Origin: Octopus sinensis
Lineage: Eukaryota
Direction of reading: 5' to 3'
NCBI RefSeq assembly: GCF_006345805.1
Contig: NC_042999.1
Coordinates: 18,600,001-18,664,000 of the forward strand
DNA: 64,000 nucleotides
In this document: positions 23,891 through 36,160 of the stretch, piece after piece
Layout: each line of letters opens with the position of its first letter
Numbering within the stretch: the stretch's first letter is position 1
Notes under the pieces: model-generated
The model's input: the letters and a program-made list of their open reading frames with translations, nothing else
What the model was told of the DNA's origin: nothing
Databases searched by the model: none
Made by a program: the position numbers and the translations under genes

Positions 23891-24308
23891 ATCTTTTTAC
23901 TCTTTACTCTTTTACTTGTTTCAGTCATTTGACTGTGGCCATGTTGGAGCACCGCCTTTTGTCGAGCAAATCAACCCCAGGACTTATTCTTAGGAAGCCT
24001 AGTACTTATTGTACACCGTTCACTTATGCCGAACCGCTAAAGTACGGGGACGTAAACACACCAGCATCGGTTGTCAAGCGATGTTGGGTGGACAAACACA
24101 GACACACAAACATATACACACACATACATATATATACATATATACGACGGGCTTCTTTCAGCTTCCGTCTACCAAATCCACTCACAAGGCCTTGGTCGGC
24201 CCGAGGCTATAGTAGAAGACACTTTCCCAAGGTGCCACGCAGTGGGACTGAACCCGGAACCATGTGGTTGGTAAGCAAGCTGCTTATCACACAGTCACCC
24301 CTGCGCCT
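23891..24308 (-). mobile_element. SINE family C
   Basis: Reverse complement of family C, head ending CTGCGCCT. Confidence 0.9.
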
Positions 24309-26149
24309 ACTTTGACATAAGCTTTATCTATGGAAATATATTTCATTTTTAGATTTGTTTTTCATATAATATGACTTTACTGAAGACCCAATTTAGAATT
24401 GTCTCTAGGGTGAAACTATCTCAAATATAAGAAACCAATGCGTTCATGTATAATTTTAGCATGTGACATGAACAATTAGATATATCTCTCGAATGCAAAA
24501 CGTTTCACTATAGTAAACGAATGGATAATTCTATAACAGATGGCATGTGTTCTTTTCTTCAAATAATTTTATTTTTGATTGAGAATTGTACTGTATACTA
24601 ATATTTGACGACATATGGTATTGTCATTCGCTTACGTATTAAAATACTTTTCGTTCCTACTACCAACATTTTTTTTGCATCCAACATATACATCCACAAT
24701 AATATCAAGTGCGTATGTACCTGACCAGTTTATATTTTTTTTTAATCTTTGGTTTTGGTTCTTTTATTCCGACAAGCTTCAATATAATCTTTGATATTTC
24801 CGAAACTATAAAATCAAGAAATTATCTATGTTTCCCTGGTGATTACAAAGCAACGCAAAAAGAAAGAAAACAATGCTAAGCGAACAATGACGGGGTAGCA
24901 TATTATAAATATGATATTTAACATAGAAAGCAACACGTGTTTGAAATGATGTTAACACGCTTTTCTACATGGTAAAACAATTTCTCTTAGATATTCTCTG
25001 TGATGCTAGTTAGTAGACGATAATCGTTTCAAACACTGACTCTATATTTAGTATATAATTACATTTCTTTACTTACCAATAACCTTGCTGTTAATATCGG
25101 AGCGAATATTTCTGCAAGTTATCACTTGAGAAGAAACGATGTTCATATCAATGAGATGGTAATTGTTTGGGAATATTTTTTTATAGAAACATTAATCTTT
25201 AATATCTTCTATAATTGACTCATATAAGATACGTATACGAACTTTTTTTTATAGCCTGATATGTTGTTTATGCTAACAAATGGTTTTAACTTTAGGGTGT
25301 TTGTTATTCTTTTCGTTTGAAATTAATGATATTCTTAATTTTCTACTCTGGTTCACTTCATTTGATAGTCAAGATCAACAACTTATTTCCTCATTATCAA
25401 AAGATAATAAATAACTGTAAGAAGTGGTTATGAACGAAAACATACGCTGCTCTCTAAGGAAAATTAAGTAGTTATATTATAACTTCTTTCCTTACATAGA
25501 AAAAGTAATTTTGTAAGTGATTTGTATTCGAAATTCAATTATTTATCTTAAATCGGAGATTGTACACATAAATTTGTATTTACTACAAGAAATAGGCGCA
25601 TAAATTTAGTGAAAATTGATGTAACATATACAGTAGATGTTATTTCAATTAATATTTTGTTTGATGTCACTTAACTTCATTCTCAGGTAGAACTGGTGAC
25701 TCAATGCAGTGAGGTCTTCTTTTGTATCGCAAGAACATAAAATTGATCCTGATTCTGTACGGCTTTCATTTGTCACCTGCTGTTCAACTCCCATTCGTCC
25801 AATTTTAGCAGATGAGGAAACCACCTGCCAAAAGTAATGCACTGAGCGTCAAAATTGTAAAATTCAGTTCTTACACATTTGACAATGAAGAAAATAATTC
25901 AGAATTATAAATGGTGGCGCGTATTTCAGTGAAGGTTTATTTAGAAACGGGAGTTTTATATCGAATAACACGAGGTATAGAAACTTTCAGCTCATTTATC
26001 AATGAAGCTTGAAACTACGTGGTTTCAAGTTCTGTCCCGCTGCGTGGTACGAAACACAAATGTTTTCTTCTGTAACTCTGGCAGAATAATTATAATTTTT
26101 TGTGAATATGTTACACAGAAACGATGTGTAGATGCCCCATATATATAAA

Positions 26150-26475
26150 TATAGGAGCACACCGTCGGTTACGACGACAAGGGTCCCAGCTGATATGATC
26201 AACGGAACAGCTTGCTTGTGAATTAAAGTGCAAGTGGCTGAGCAATCCACGGACACGTGTACCCCTAACGTAGTTCTCAGGGAGATTCAGCGTGACACAA
26301 AATGTGACAAGGCTGACCCATTAAAATACCTGTACAACCCCTTTTTGCCAGCTGAGTGGACTGAAGCAGTGTGAAATAAAGTGTCTTGCTCAAGGAGACA
26401 ACGCGTCGCCGGGAATTGAACTCACGACCTTACAATCGTGAGCCGAATGCTCTAACCACTTAACCGCGCGCCTTC
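26150..26475 (-). mobile_element. SINE (A head, Y tail)
   Basis: Colinear with 253-580 but more diverged. Confidence 0.88.
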
Positions 26476-26519
26476 ACATATATAAATATATATGCGCCCG
26501 CGCTTGTGCCCGTGTGTGT

Positions 26520-26765
26520 ACATATACGTATGTATGTATGTATGTATGTATGCATGTGTGTGTATGTATGTATGTATGTATGTATGTATGTATGCATGCA
26601 TGTATGTATGCAGTATGTATGTATGTATGTATGCATGTGTGTGTATGTATGTGTGCGTGTGTATGTATGTATGTATGTATGTATGTATGCATGCATGTAT
26701 GTATGTATGTATGTATGTATGTATGTATGTATGTATGTATGTATGCATGCAAGCATGTATGTATA
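26520..26765. repeat. (TATG)n microsatellite
   Basis: Direct reading. Confidence 0.95.
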
Positions 26766-27212
26766 AATGTACTTACGTGTGTGAGAATCGAGAAATGAGG
26801 GTGCGTGTGTGTTCATGTATATATGAATGAACTTGTGTGTGTGAGAATGGAGAAATGGGGGGAATCCGCAAAGGTTGATTACACTGAGTGATTTTAGTGA
26901 GCTAAATCCAAAGTTATCCATTAATTAGCTGGTACGTTAATTGCAGACTATAAGAACAATCAAACATAATTTGAAGATTGTGTTGTTAGGTATTTTTAGT
27001 CAGGGCTACGATCGTTTTAGATGGCTAGACGAACTGTTTCTTCTCTACACAGTAGGTTGCTCTGCATAATCAATCAATTACTTAATCATTTAATTATCTT
27101 TATTAATGAAACATTTAGCCCTCTATCATGCAGCTCATACCTTAAATTTATAGCATATTTTCAGTTTCCAGCATTGCACATATGTACACATACACGTACA
27201 TGTGTACGTGCG

Positions 27213-27246
<34 letters not shown>

Positions 27247-27417
27247 ATATATATTATATATATATACATACATTTATATACATATATGTGTGCTTGTAAG
27301 CAAGTTAAATCTATTGTACATGTGAATACACACACACACACACACACGTGACCACCTGTGTATCGTTGGCGATTTTCTTTCTCCGTCTTCCCTTCCTTGG
27401 ACCTTTCCTTTTTCTAT

Positions 27418-27453
27418 GTTTCTGACGAAGAGATCTGCTCGAAACATTAAATC
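27418..27453 (+). ncRNA. Degenerate minimal hammerhead-like motif
   Basis: GUUU-CUGACGA-A-GAG(AUCUG)CUC-GAAACAUUA/AAUC. Core and stem II are intact; stem I is weak; AACAUU is one change from the palindrome AACGUU. Confidence 0.4.
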
Positions 27454-27550
27454 CTCCTTCTTTCTTTCCTTTCCCGAGCGTCCAATAACACTGTACTTGT
27501 CCCACGTCCTCACGTTTTTCTGTTTTCTCTTTGTATTTTCATGTTTGGAT

Positions 27551-27617
<67 letters not shown>

Positions 27618-28324
27618 TCATACGGTTATCTAATTCTTCAGGGTCTTTGTTTTTATAAGCTCAAGTAATTTTGTTTGTGTAGCAGGCTTTAAGCGATTAA
27701 TCTTCGTTTACGTACATTTAAAAACGAAATGAAACTTTTTACATAGTTCTGTATCAAGAGTGTTATGTTGCTATCTATTTATCCACAGATTAATGATTTG
27801 TCAATCGTAACAGCAATACATATTTGTAGACGACAGACAAGTAAGTTCACGATATGTTTCAAAAGCTAGCAGTATGGAAGAAGACCAAAAAATAAAAGTT
27901 TAGTGTAATGCTCTTCTGTGTCATATCAGTGCGGATGTCAATCGGAGTTCTAGGGGAGGTTTGGCTTAAGTCGGTGTCTCTGTAAATGTATCATTTGCAA
28001 CCAATACTGATTGAACTATTCATTACTGTACATTAGAATAAATTGTATTTTTTCCATGAGATTTTGCTTCTACTATATTCGTAGAATGAATGGCATTTTA
28101 TCGATTACTCCAGGTGTTCATGTTTCGACAGTAACTTCTAGCAGTCGAGTCATGTGTGCACATATAAGTTTTCTTTGAAATAATTTGTCAGATGGAAGAT
28201 ATATGCCACATACAGATTAATATAGATCCTTAGTTAGGTATAAGCAAGCATTTTTAGGCAAGTATATTTAACTTGCTCATTGATCCATTAATTTACTAGC
28301 ACCATATATATTTTATGCGCCCTT

Positions 28325-28612
28325 TTCATGCCTAGCCAGGCTCATGGACCCGGTTTCCCGGTTTCTATGGTGTATGTGTCCCCCCACTTCCAGCTGGACG
28401 GGACGCCAATTAATCGCAGTATTACTCAAGAAACAGGAAGAAAGAGTGAGAGAAAGTTAGGGCGAAAGAGTCAACATGGGTCGCTACCACCCTCTGCCGG
28501 AGCCTTGTGGAGCTAAAGTTTTCACTCAATAAACACACACAACGCTCGGTCTGGGAATCGAAACCGCGATCCTCCGACCGCGAGTTCACTGCCATAACCA
28601 CTGGGCCATTGT
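28325..28612 (-). mobile_element. SINE (D head, X tail)
   Basis: D head at the high end; tail matches 18230-18330. Confidence 0.85.
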
Positions 28613-28659
28613 GACTTCATAGCACTATATTTTATTGATACAAAATGAGGAAGAAATAT

Positions 28660-29375
28660 TGGTTTCAAATTCTGTCACAAAACTCAGCAGTTTCTGCGGA
28701 GTGGGTAAGTAAGTCGATTATATGTCCCCGAAAGAATACAGCCAAAAGAAATATTATTTTCAAATTTTGTCACAAAAGCAGCCATTTCGGGAGAGGCAGC
28801 AAGTCGATAACCTCGATCCCAGTATTCAACTGGTACTTATTTTATTAATCCCGAAATGATGAAAGGTAAAGTCGATCTTGGTGGCATTTGAACTTAGAAC
28901 ATAAAGATGGATGAAATACCACTATGCATTTTGCCCTCTGTGCTAACGATTCTGCCAGCTCCCAGAAATATTGACTTTAAAATTTGGCACAATGCCAGCA
29001 ATTTGAAGGAGGGGATATGTCGTTTACAATGACTCCAGTACTAAACTTGTACTTAATTTATCGATCCCGAAAGTGTGAAAGGTAAATTCGTCTTCAGCTG
29101 AATTTGAACTCAGGACTTAGAGATGGATGAAATGCAGTTAAGAATTCTGCCCGGTGTGCTAACTATTCTGCCAGCTTGCTGAGTTTGCACTCAGAAGAAA
29201 CATTGCTTTTAAATGTTGGCACAAAGACAGCAGTTTCGGCGGAGAGATAAGTCGAGTACATAGACCTCAGTGACGAGGCACCGAAAGGAGGAAAGTCAAA
29301 GTTGACCTCGGTGAAATTTGAACTCAAAAAATTAAAGATGGATGAAATGTCACTAACTATTTTCCCGGCGTGCTA

Positions 29376-29378
<3 letters not shown>
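28660..29378 (-). mobile_element. Tandem degenerate SINE family B modules
   Basis: Three to four repeats of GAAAGG..AAAGTCGACCTCGG..GAATTTGAACTCAG...GATGAAAT...TGCTAAC. Confidence 0.8.
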
Positions 29379-29406
<28 letters not shown>

Positions 29407-30005
29407 CTTCTTCTTCTTCTTCTTCTTCTTCTTCTTCTTCTTCTTCTTCTTCTTCTTCTTCTTTTTCTTCTTCTTCTTCCAATCAGGACACACGCCATTA
29501 TCCACAAAGAATAATCTCTAATTTGAGCCTACTCTAAGCTACTAAAAGTGCATGTGGCAACTTGAAGATCCACCCACCACACGCGATGGCCTGGCGGTTG
29601 TACGGGCGCGAAAGCTACGTTGTTATCCTCATTCCGTAAACGGTGGTTTTTAAAGGGTGGTGAGCTGAAATATCCTGGGGTACAGACGATTCGCAATATA
29701 GACTAGGGTCTGAAAGTTTACCAAACCATAGTGGGTTACACCATGGTTCCTCTGCTTTGTGGCAGATGTAGGAATAAAGAGTGAGAGAAAATTGTGGTGA
29801 AAGAGTACAGCGGGGTTCACCACTCCCTGCAGGAGCCTCGTGGAGCTTAGGTATTTTTGCTCAATAAACACTCACAATGCCCTTTGGATTTCATTGGTGA
29901 AGAAGAATTTATCCTATCGAACAAACGGGAATCTCACAATGGGATTCGAAACCGCGTTCTTACGACCGCGAGTCCGCTGCCGTAACCACTGGGCCATTGC
30001 GCCTC
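29379..30005 (-). mobile_element. SINE (D head) with an RTE-like 3' end and long (GAA)n tail
   Basis: D head at 29940-30005; minus-strand 3' end ATGGCGTGTGTCCTGATTG followed by (GAA)n at 29379-29480. Confidence 0.8.
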
Positions 30006-30179
30006 CACGCGTGCTAACGTCCTGTCAGCTTACCGTCCAACTGAGACGAAATATTATCGATGCAAATCCTTCTCACAGAGGCCAACTTCTTCATATGTAA
30101 TTGATGTAGGTAAAGTTTCTTTAGCTGATGGTTTATCATATTTGCACTTTGTAAATTTTCCTGCTTACATCTCTATGAA

Positions 30180-30648
30180 AGTACTTTCTCAGTTCATATA
30201 ATTGTACTTTGTCATTACTTTTCAGTATTCACTCTACTTAGTGACATCTCAGAAACTAATTAGCATAATTTTTAACCTATATTCATTAAGAATAAAGTTC
30301 TATAGATAGTACGAATTTGAATATTGAATCGTAAGCCGAATAAACAAAATCTAGTATAACTTTCTTTTCTTTTTTTTTTTTTTGCTCCCTATAATAAATT
30401 TGTAATTTTTCTGCTTCAATTTGCAGGAAAGAATTTTCGCAGTTCCTATACTTGTACTTTATGATTACTTTCCAGCATTCGATCTACTTAGTGAGATCTC
30501 AGAAGTTAATTTGCATAATTTTAGCTTATATTCATTAAGAATAAAGTTCTAAGGATAGTACGAATTCGAATATTGAATTCTAAGCCGAATAACCAAAATC
30601 AAGTTTTACTTTATTGTTTTTATTTTGATGCTCCCTATAATAAATTTG
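30180..30648. repeat. Diverged tandem duplication, period ~250 bp
   Basis: AGTTC.TATA.TTGTACTTT at 30191 and 30441; GCTCCCTATAATAAATTTG closes both copies. Confidence 0.85.
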
Positions 30649-31084
30649 GGATCTTTTCGGTTTGAACGGCAGTTTTTAACATAATTTCTAGGTAACTAAA
30701 CAATTTTAAACTTCGTATACTGGTAGAATGTGTTTATATAACATCTTTTTCTCTTTGCTTTATTGAGAAAATTCTATAGATTGTAAGATATTTGTTGTTT
30801 TTTTTCTTCAATTTCTGTAATTTCAACCAATCAGTGACGTCTATTGAGTGAAAAAGCATTCTGTGCCGTATGAATATGCCCCTCGTTTAAGAAACAGATT
30901 GGGGTTATTTACATTTGTGAAAAAAAAGATACTCTTCCCCTACCCCTATCCCAACCCTTACCCTAACTAACCCTAACCCTAAAAGAGATTGAAATGCAAT
31001 AGATCGATTCTAGGGTCATAATTATGGGTGACAATTTCATATGACAACGCTAGAAAAAAACTGCCATTCAAACCGAAAAGATCG
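30649..31084. mobile_element. Merlin-like MITE
   Basis: 29-bp TIRs GGATCTTTTCGGTTTGAA(C/T)GGCAGTTTTT (2 mismatches); 8-bp TSD TAAATTTG at 30641-30648 and 31085-31092. A GG start with an 8-bp TSD fits Merlin/IS1016. Confidence 0.82.
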
Positions 31085-32485
31085 TAAATTTGTATGTACA
31101 AGAACCCGTTATATGAATATATTTGATCGTTCGGCAATTCCAGACTTCTATGCAATATATATTGATATCAGACGAAGTAGTTGGAAAGGAAAATGTTAAC
31201 GTGAAAATAGCGTGTACATCAATGTAGTTCAGCATAACTATGTCTCATTCAGACTGTTTTTCATTTTCTGACTGCATATTTTCGTACAGAAAAAAAACAG
31301 GTATATGGTGAGCAGAATCTCAAATAACCTATGAACTACTGCCAAAAACTTGCATTTCTGTACATATTTATTCTTTTAAATCGATATTTGAAAATCAATA
31401 TTTGCGAATTATTCGAGCTTATTATCACAGTTTTGAACATATCTTTAACTACTGCATGCCTTCACTGATTTTATATAAATACAACACATTTATAGTAATA
31501 TATGAGTGATTTAGACTAAATTTATTCCACGAATCTTATTTATATATTATAGAATTTCCTACTTTTATCAGTATAATCAAACAAAGCTTCTAGCAAGCAA
31601 TTTGATATTAAACGTCAATCACGATTTCAGAACAATTTAGGCAGCAATTATTCTACATATAATATATAAAATCATTCATATTTATAAATGTTTCCATAAT
31701 CTCAAGAAATGCTACATTTTAATTCAGATTTTCATATAAATGGAAATGAACATAGTTATATTTATGAAAAACAATATCTGTCATGTACTGAAATACAATA
31801 TATAAACTAGTTAATTCCTCTCTGACACTGAAATATCATTAGCATAAGCCGTCGTAAATTACAATATTCAGAAATGTTATTTATATTCAAATGTAAGTTT
31901 TAAATAATTTTATATTGTTCATTCCACAAAAGATTAAAATTAAAACTCTTAAATGTAAACATACGTATAATGTGTTCATATTTATGGAATAATGTGTTAT
32001 GGATTTTGACGCAAAGCATAGAGTTGAAAGCTATGGAGTTATAATTAGCTACAATATCTATTTCTAAAGCATCAAATATTTAGAGAACGGTGATCTATGG
32101 AATGGTAAGAATTAAGGTATGAAGGAAAATAAACTAAGGTGTCATATTTATATTCATTCGCCATTTCTGAATTTAATCATAAACCGGCACTCCGTCGGTT
32201 ACGACGACGAGAATTCGAGTTGATCCAATGAAGAGAACAGAGTGCTCATGAAATTGATATGAAAGTGTGGCTGAACATTTCACAAAAACGCATCCCCGTA
32301 ACGTAATTCTCAGCGTGACACAAAATTTGACGACTTAGTTTCACCAGCTGAGTTTAGTGGCACAACGTCGTAAAAAGACGTACCTTGCTCAAAGACGCCC
32401 CGCCAGGAATCGAATTAATGGCCCTACGATCGTGAATCAAAAACCCTTCAATGAATTTAATTACTATATTACGGTATAAGATGGT

Positions 32486-32715
32486 CCGGCGAGCTGGCAG
32501 AAACGTTAGCACGCCGGGCGAAATGCTTAGCGGTATTTCTTCTGTCGTTACGTTGTGAGTTCAAATTGCGCCGTGGTTGACTTTGCCTTTCATCCTTTCG
32601 GGGTCGATTAAATAAGTACCAGTTACGCACTGGGGTCGATGTAATCGACTTAAAACCTATGTCTGTCCGTGTTTGTCACCTCTATGTTTAGCCCCTTGTG
32701 AGTAATAAAGAAATA
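32486..32715 (+). mobile_element. SINE family B
   Basis: Full head-to-tail module. Confidence 0.88.
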
Positions 32716-32845
32716 TGTATAAAATGGTCCCTGTATTAATAGGTCTACGTATATTCAGAATATACTTCTATCTGTCTGAACGTTAGAAATGCATTAATTT
32801 CCAAGTTTCATTATATTCCTGACATAAAAATACCTTTAAAATGAA

Positions 32846-33025
32846 TAGGCGTAGGAGTGGCTCTGTGGTAAGTAGCCTGCTTACGAAGCACATGTTTCCG
32901 GGTTCAGTCCCACTGCGTGGCACCTTGAGCAAGTGTCTTCTACCATAGCCTCGGGCCGACCAAAGCCTTGTGAGTGGATTTGGTTGACGGAAACTGAAAG
33001 AAGCCCTTGCTATATATGTATGCAC

Positions 33026-33101
<76 letters not shown>

Positions 33102-33345
33102 CTGTGTGAGTGTGTGTATGTGTGTGTACACGTTTGTGTGCCTGTGTTTGTCCCCCCAACATTGCTTGACAACCGATGCTGGTGTGTTTACGTCCCCGTA
33201 GCTTAGCGGTTCGGAAAAAGAGACCGATAGAATTAGTACTACGCTTCCAAAGAATGAGTCCTGGGGTCGATTTGCTCGACTGAAGGTGGTGCTCCAGCAT
33301 AGCCACAGTCAAATGACTGAAACAAGTAAAAGAGATTAAAAGAGT
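32846..33345 (+). mobile_element. SINE family C
   Basis: Full length, with an expanded internal TA/TG tract. Confidence 0.9.
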
Positions 33346-33764
33346 ATCAAAACAGAATAAGTAATTCTTTTGGCATAAGCACAAATTTATTTCAGAAGAA
33401 TATAATTGTTTACATTGAAGTTAATTTCATCCCCACCAAAAAATTCTCATACAAATAAAATATGCATGAATATAACTTTAAAACTCAAGATCTATGTAAC
33501 ATATTGGTAATTATTAAAATCATAGATGGCTGTCTTAATGATGATAATAATCCTTTTTAATAAAGTCACGAGCCCTGAAATATTGTGAGAGGGAACCAAT
33601 CGATTACATCGACCCTAGTTTCACTGGTAATTAATTTATCAACCCCGAAAAGATGAAAGCCAAATCCAACCTTGGCACAGTTTGAATTCAGAACATAAAA
33701 GACTGACGAAATAACGCTAAGCCTTTCATCATGCTTGCTACCTATACTGCCGGCTTACCGCTGT

Positions 33765-33846
33765 AATAATGATGATAATAATGATAATAATAATAATAAT
33801 AATAATAACAATAATGATAATAATAATGATAATAACAATAATAATG

Positions 33847-33880
<34 letters not shown>

Positions 33881-33955
33881 TAATAATAACAATAATAATA
33901 ATAATAACAATAATAATAATAATAATAAGAAGAAGAAGAAGAAGAAGAAGAAAAA
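33765..33955. repeat. (AAT)n followed by (AAG)n microsatellite
   Basis: Direct reading; source of the poly-N/I/L/Y ORFs. Confidence 0.95.
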
Positions 33956-34671
33956 CGACGAGCTGCTAGAAGCGTTAGCATGCCGGGCGAAATTGTCAAC
34001 AGAATTTCGTCTGTCTTTACTTTCTGTGTTCAAATTCCGCCGAGGTTGACTTTGCCTTTCGGGGTCGATAAATTAAGTACCTGTTGCGTACCGGGATCGA
34101 TCTAATCGACTGGCCTCCTCCCCTAAGATTTTGGGCCTTATGCCTAGAGTAGAAAAGATTATTTGTCAAACAATGGTACGATTTTGCTGTTTAAGAACAA
34201 ACAGTAACTCGTCTGAGTTATTTTCCTTGCTTCATTTTCTTTTCATGTAGGTAAATTACCTACAAATTACCTAGAAAACAGAAACGTTTCCTGATGCAGA
34301 CAAGATTTTTACAATATCAGTGAATATATCCTTGACTATTTGCTACACGTCAGAGGTGGAGCGATTTATTTAAGTTATGTTATAAGCGGGTATATATATC
34401 ATTGCCAAATCTGAAGAAACACGAAATGCGTTTAGTGTAATAGCGGTGAAGATACTCCTCCGCTTTGATACATATAGTGCAGTTAAGAAAGTAAGTTAAG
34501 GAAGATATTTTTTCTCAGACAATAATCAGAGCATCCTACCTTTCAATGCTATTTATACCTAAAACAATTTGCAAATATGGGTGTTATTAAACACTATTAA
34601 AATAACTATACATATACATCATGAAGTTTAAAAAAACTACACGATTTTTATACATAACTATCCGTATGATG

Positions 34672-34771
34672 NNNNNNNNNNNNNNNNNNNNNNNNNNNNN
34701 NNNNNNNNNNNNNNNNNNNNNNNNNNNNNNNNNNNNNNNNNNNNNNNNNNNNNNNNNNNNNNNNNNNNNNN
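34672..34771. other. Assembly gap (100 N)
   Basis: Run of N; true size unknown. Confidence 0.99.
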
Positions 34772-34779
34772 ATCGGTTT

Positions 34780-35575
34780 TAAATTTTGGCACAAGTAAAG
34801 CAGTCGCAGGGAGGAGGGGCTAAATTGATTATATTGAAAACTATGCTTAACTGGTACTTATGATATTGACTCCGAAAGGATGATGAGCAAAGTCGACCGC
34901 GGTGATATTTGAACACAACGTAATGAGGGACAAAATGATGCAAATATCTTACCCGGCGTGCTAACGGTTCTGCCAGCAAGCCACCTTAACTTGAATGAAA
35001 TATTGGTTTCACATTTCTGCACAAGGCCAGCAAGTACAGTGAAGCGTGTAAATCGATTACATCAACTCCATTGCTTGTCTTGTAATTATTTTAGCGATCC
35101 CGAAGGAAGAAAAGGAAGTTCAGAAGAAAAAGACAGAGATTTTTGCCCGGCGTGCTCGCAATTCTTACTTCTTTATTGCCCACAAGTGGCTAAACATAGA
35201 GGGGTCAAACAAGGACAAACAAAGGGATTAAGTAACATACATTGACCCCAGTGTGCAACTGGTACTTAATTTAGCGACCCCGAAAGGATGAAAGGCCAAG
35301 GCAACCTCGGCGGAATTTGAACTCAGAACATAGCGGCCGACGAAATACCTATTTCTTTACTATCCACAAGCGGCTAAACACAGAAGGGACAAAGACAGAC
35401 AAACGGAGTAAGTCGATTATATCGACCTCCCTGCGTAACTGGTACATATTTAATCAGCCCCGGAAGGATGAAAGGCAAAGTCGACCTCGGCGGAATTTGA
35501 ACTCAGAACGTATCGGCAGACGAAATACCGGTAAACATTTCGACCGGCATGCTACCGATTCTACCGGCTCGCAGC
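34780..35575 (-). mobile_element. Cluster of SINE family B modules
   Basis: Several reversed modules, e.g. TTTCTTTACTATCCACAAG...GAAAGGCAAAGTCGACCTCGGCGG. Confidence 0.85.
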
Positions 35576-36128
35576 ATTACGTTAAATATTAATTACTATT
35601 TAATACTGAGAATACATACATGAAGAAACATATTGAACAGATAAATAGAGGCAATAAAATTTTCAATTTAGAACATTTGGCCTGTGCATTGATACTTAAA
35701 GTAGGAAGCAATATTAACTTAATATTTGGAAAACCTGAATCATATTTAGATATTGGCTATATTAGGTTTGTAAAAGTTTAGAACATATAAATAAATATTA
35801 TATCATCTAGGAAGAAGTGGTTCCAGTCGTCCCTGGGTGTGTATAAAGAGTCTCTGCAACAAATGTGGAAATAGCAGTAGGGTATAACGCCACACATATT
35901 GAATTAGGACACCAAAAAATCATAAACTAAAAAAATAAAAAGGAATCTAAATGTATTCCTGACTTACGCATATATGCATGTAGGCTTGTGTCTCTACATG
36001 TATGTTTGAGTTTGCGTGTATATCTATATGCATCTGTGGATTTTTAAAATATATTGATACATATACACGGCAATATACATACATATATATTTATATATAC
36101 ATATATGTATATATTTATATATATATGA

Positions 36129-36160
<32 letters not shown>

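Noticed and set aside
24379-24420. CTGAAGA-CCC...GGG-TGAAAC hammerhead-like core
   Set aside because: No stem I or stem III and no usable UH site.
30937-30982. CCCTAA repeats as a chromosome end or fusion site
   Set aside because: Short, degenerate and internal to a TSD-flanked MITE.
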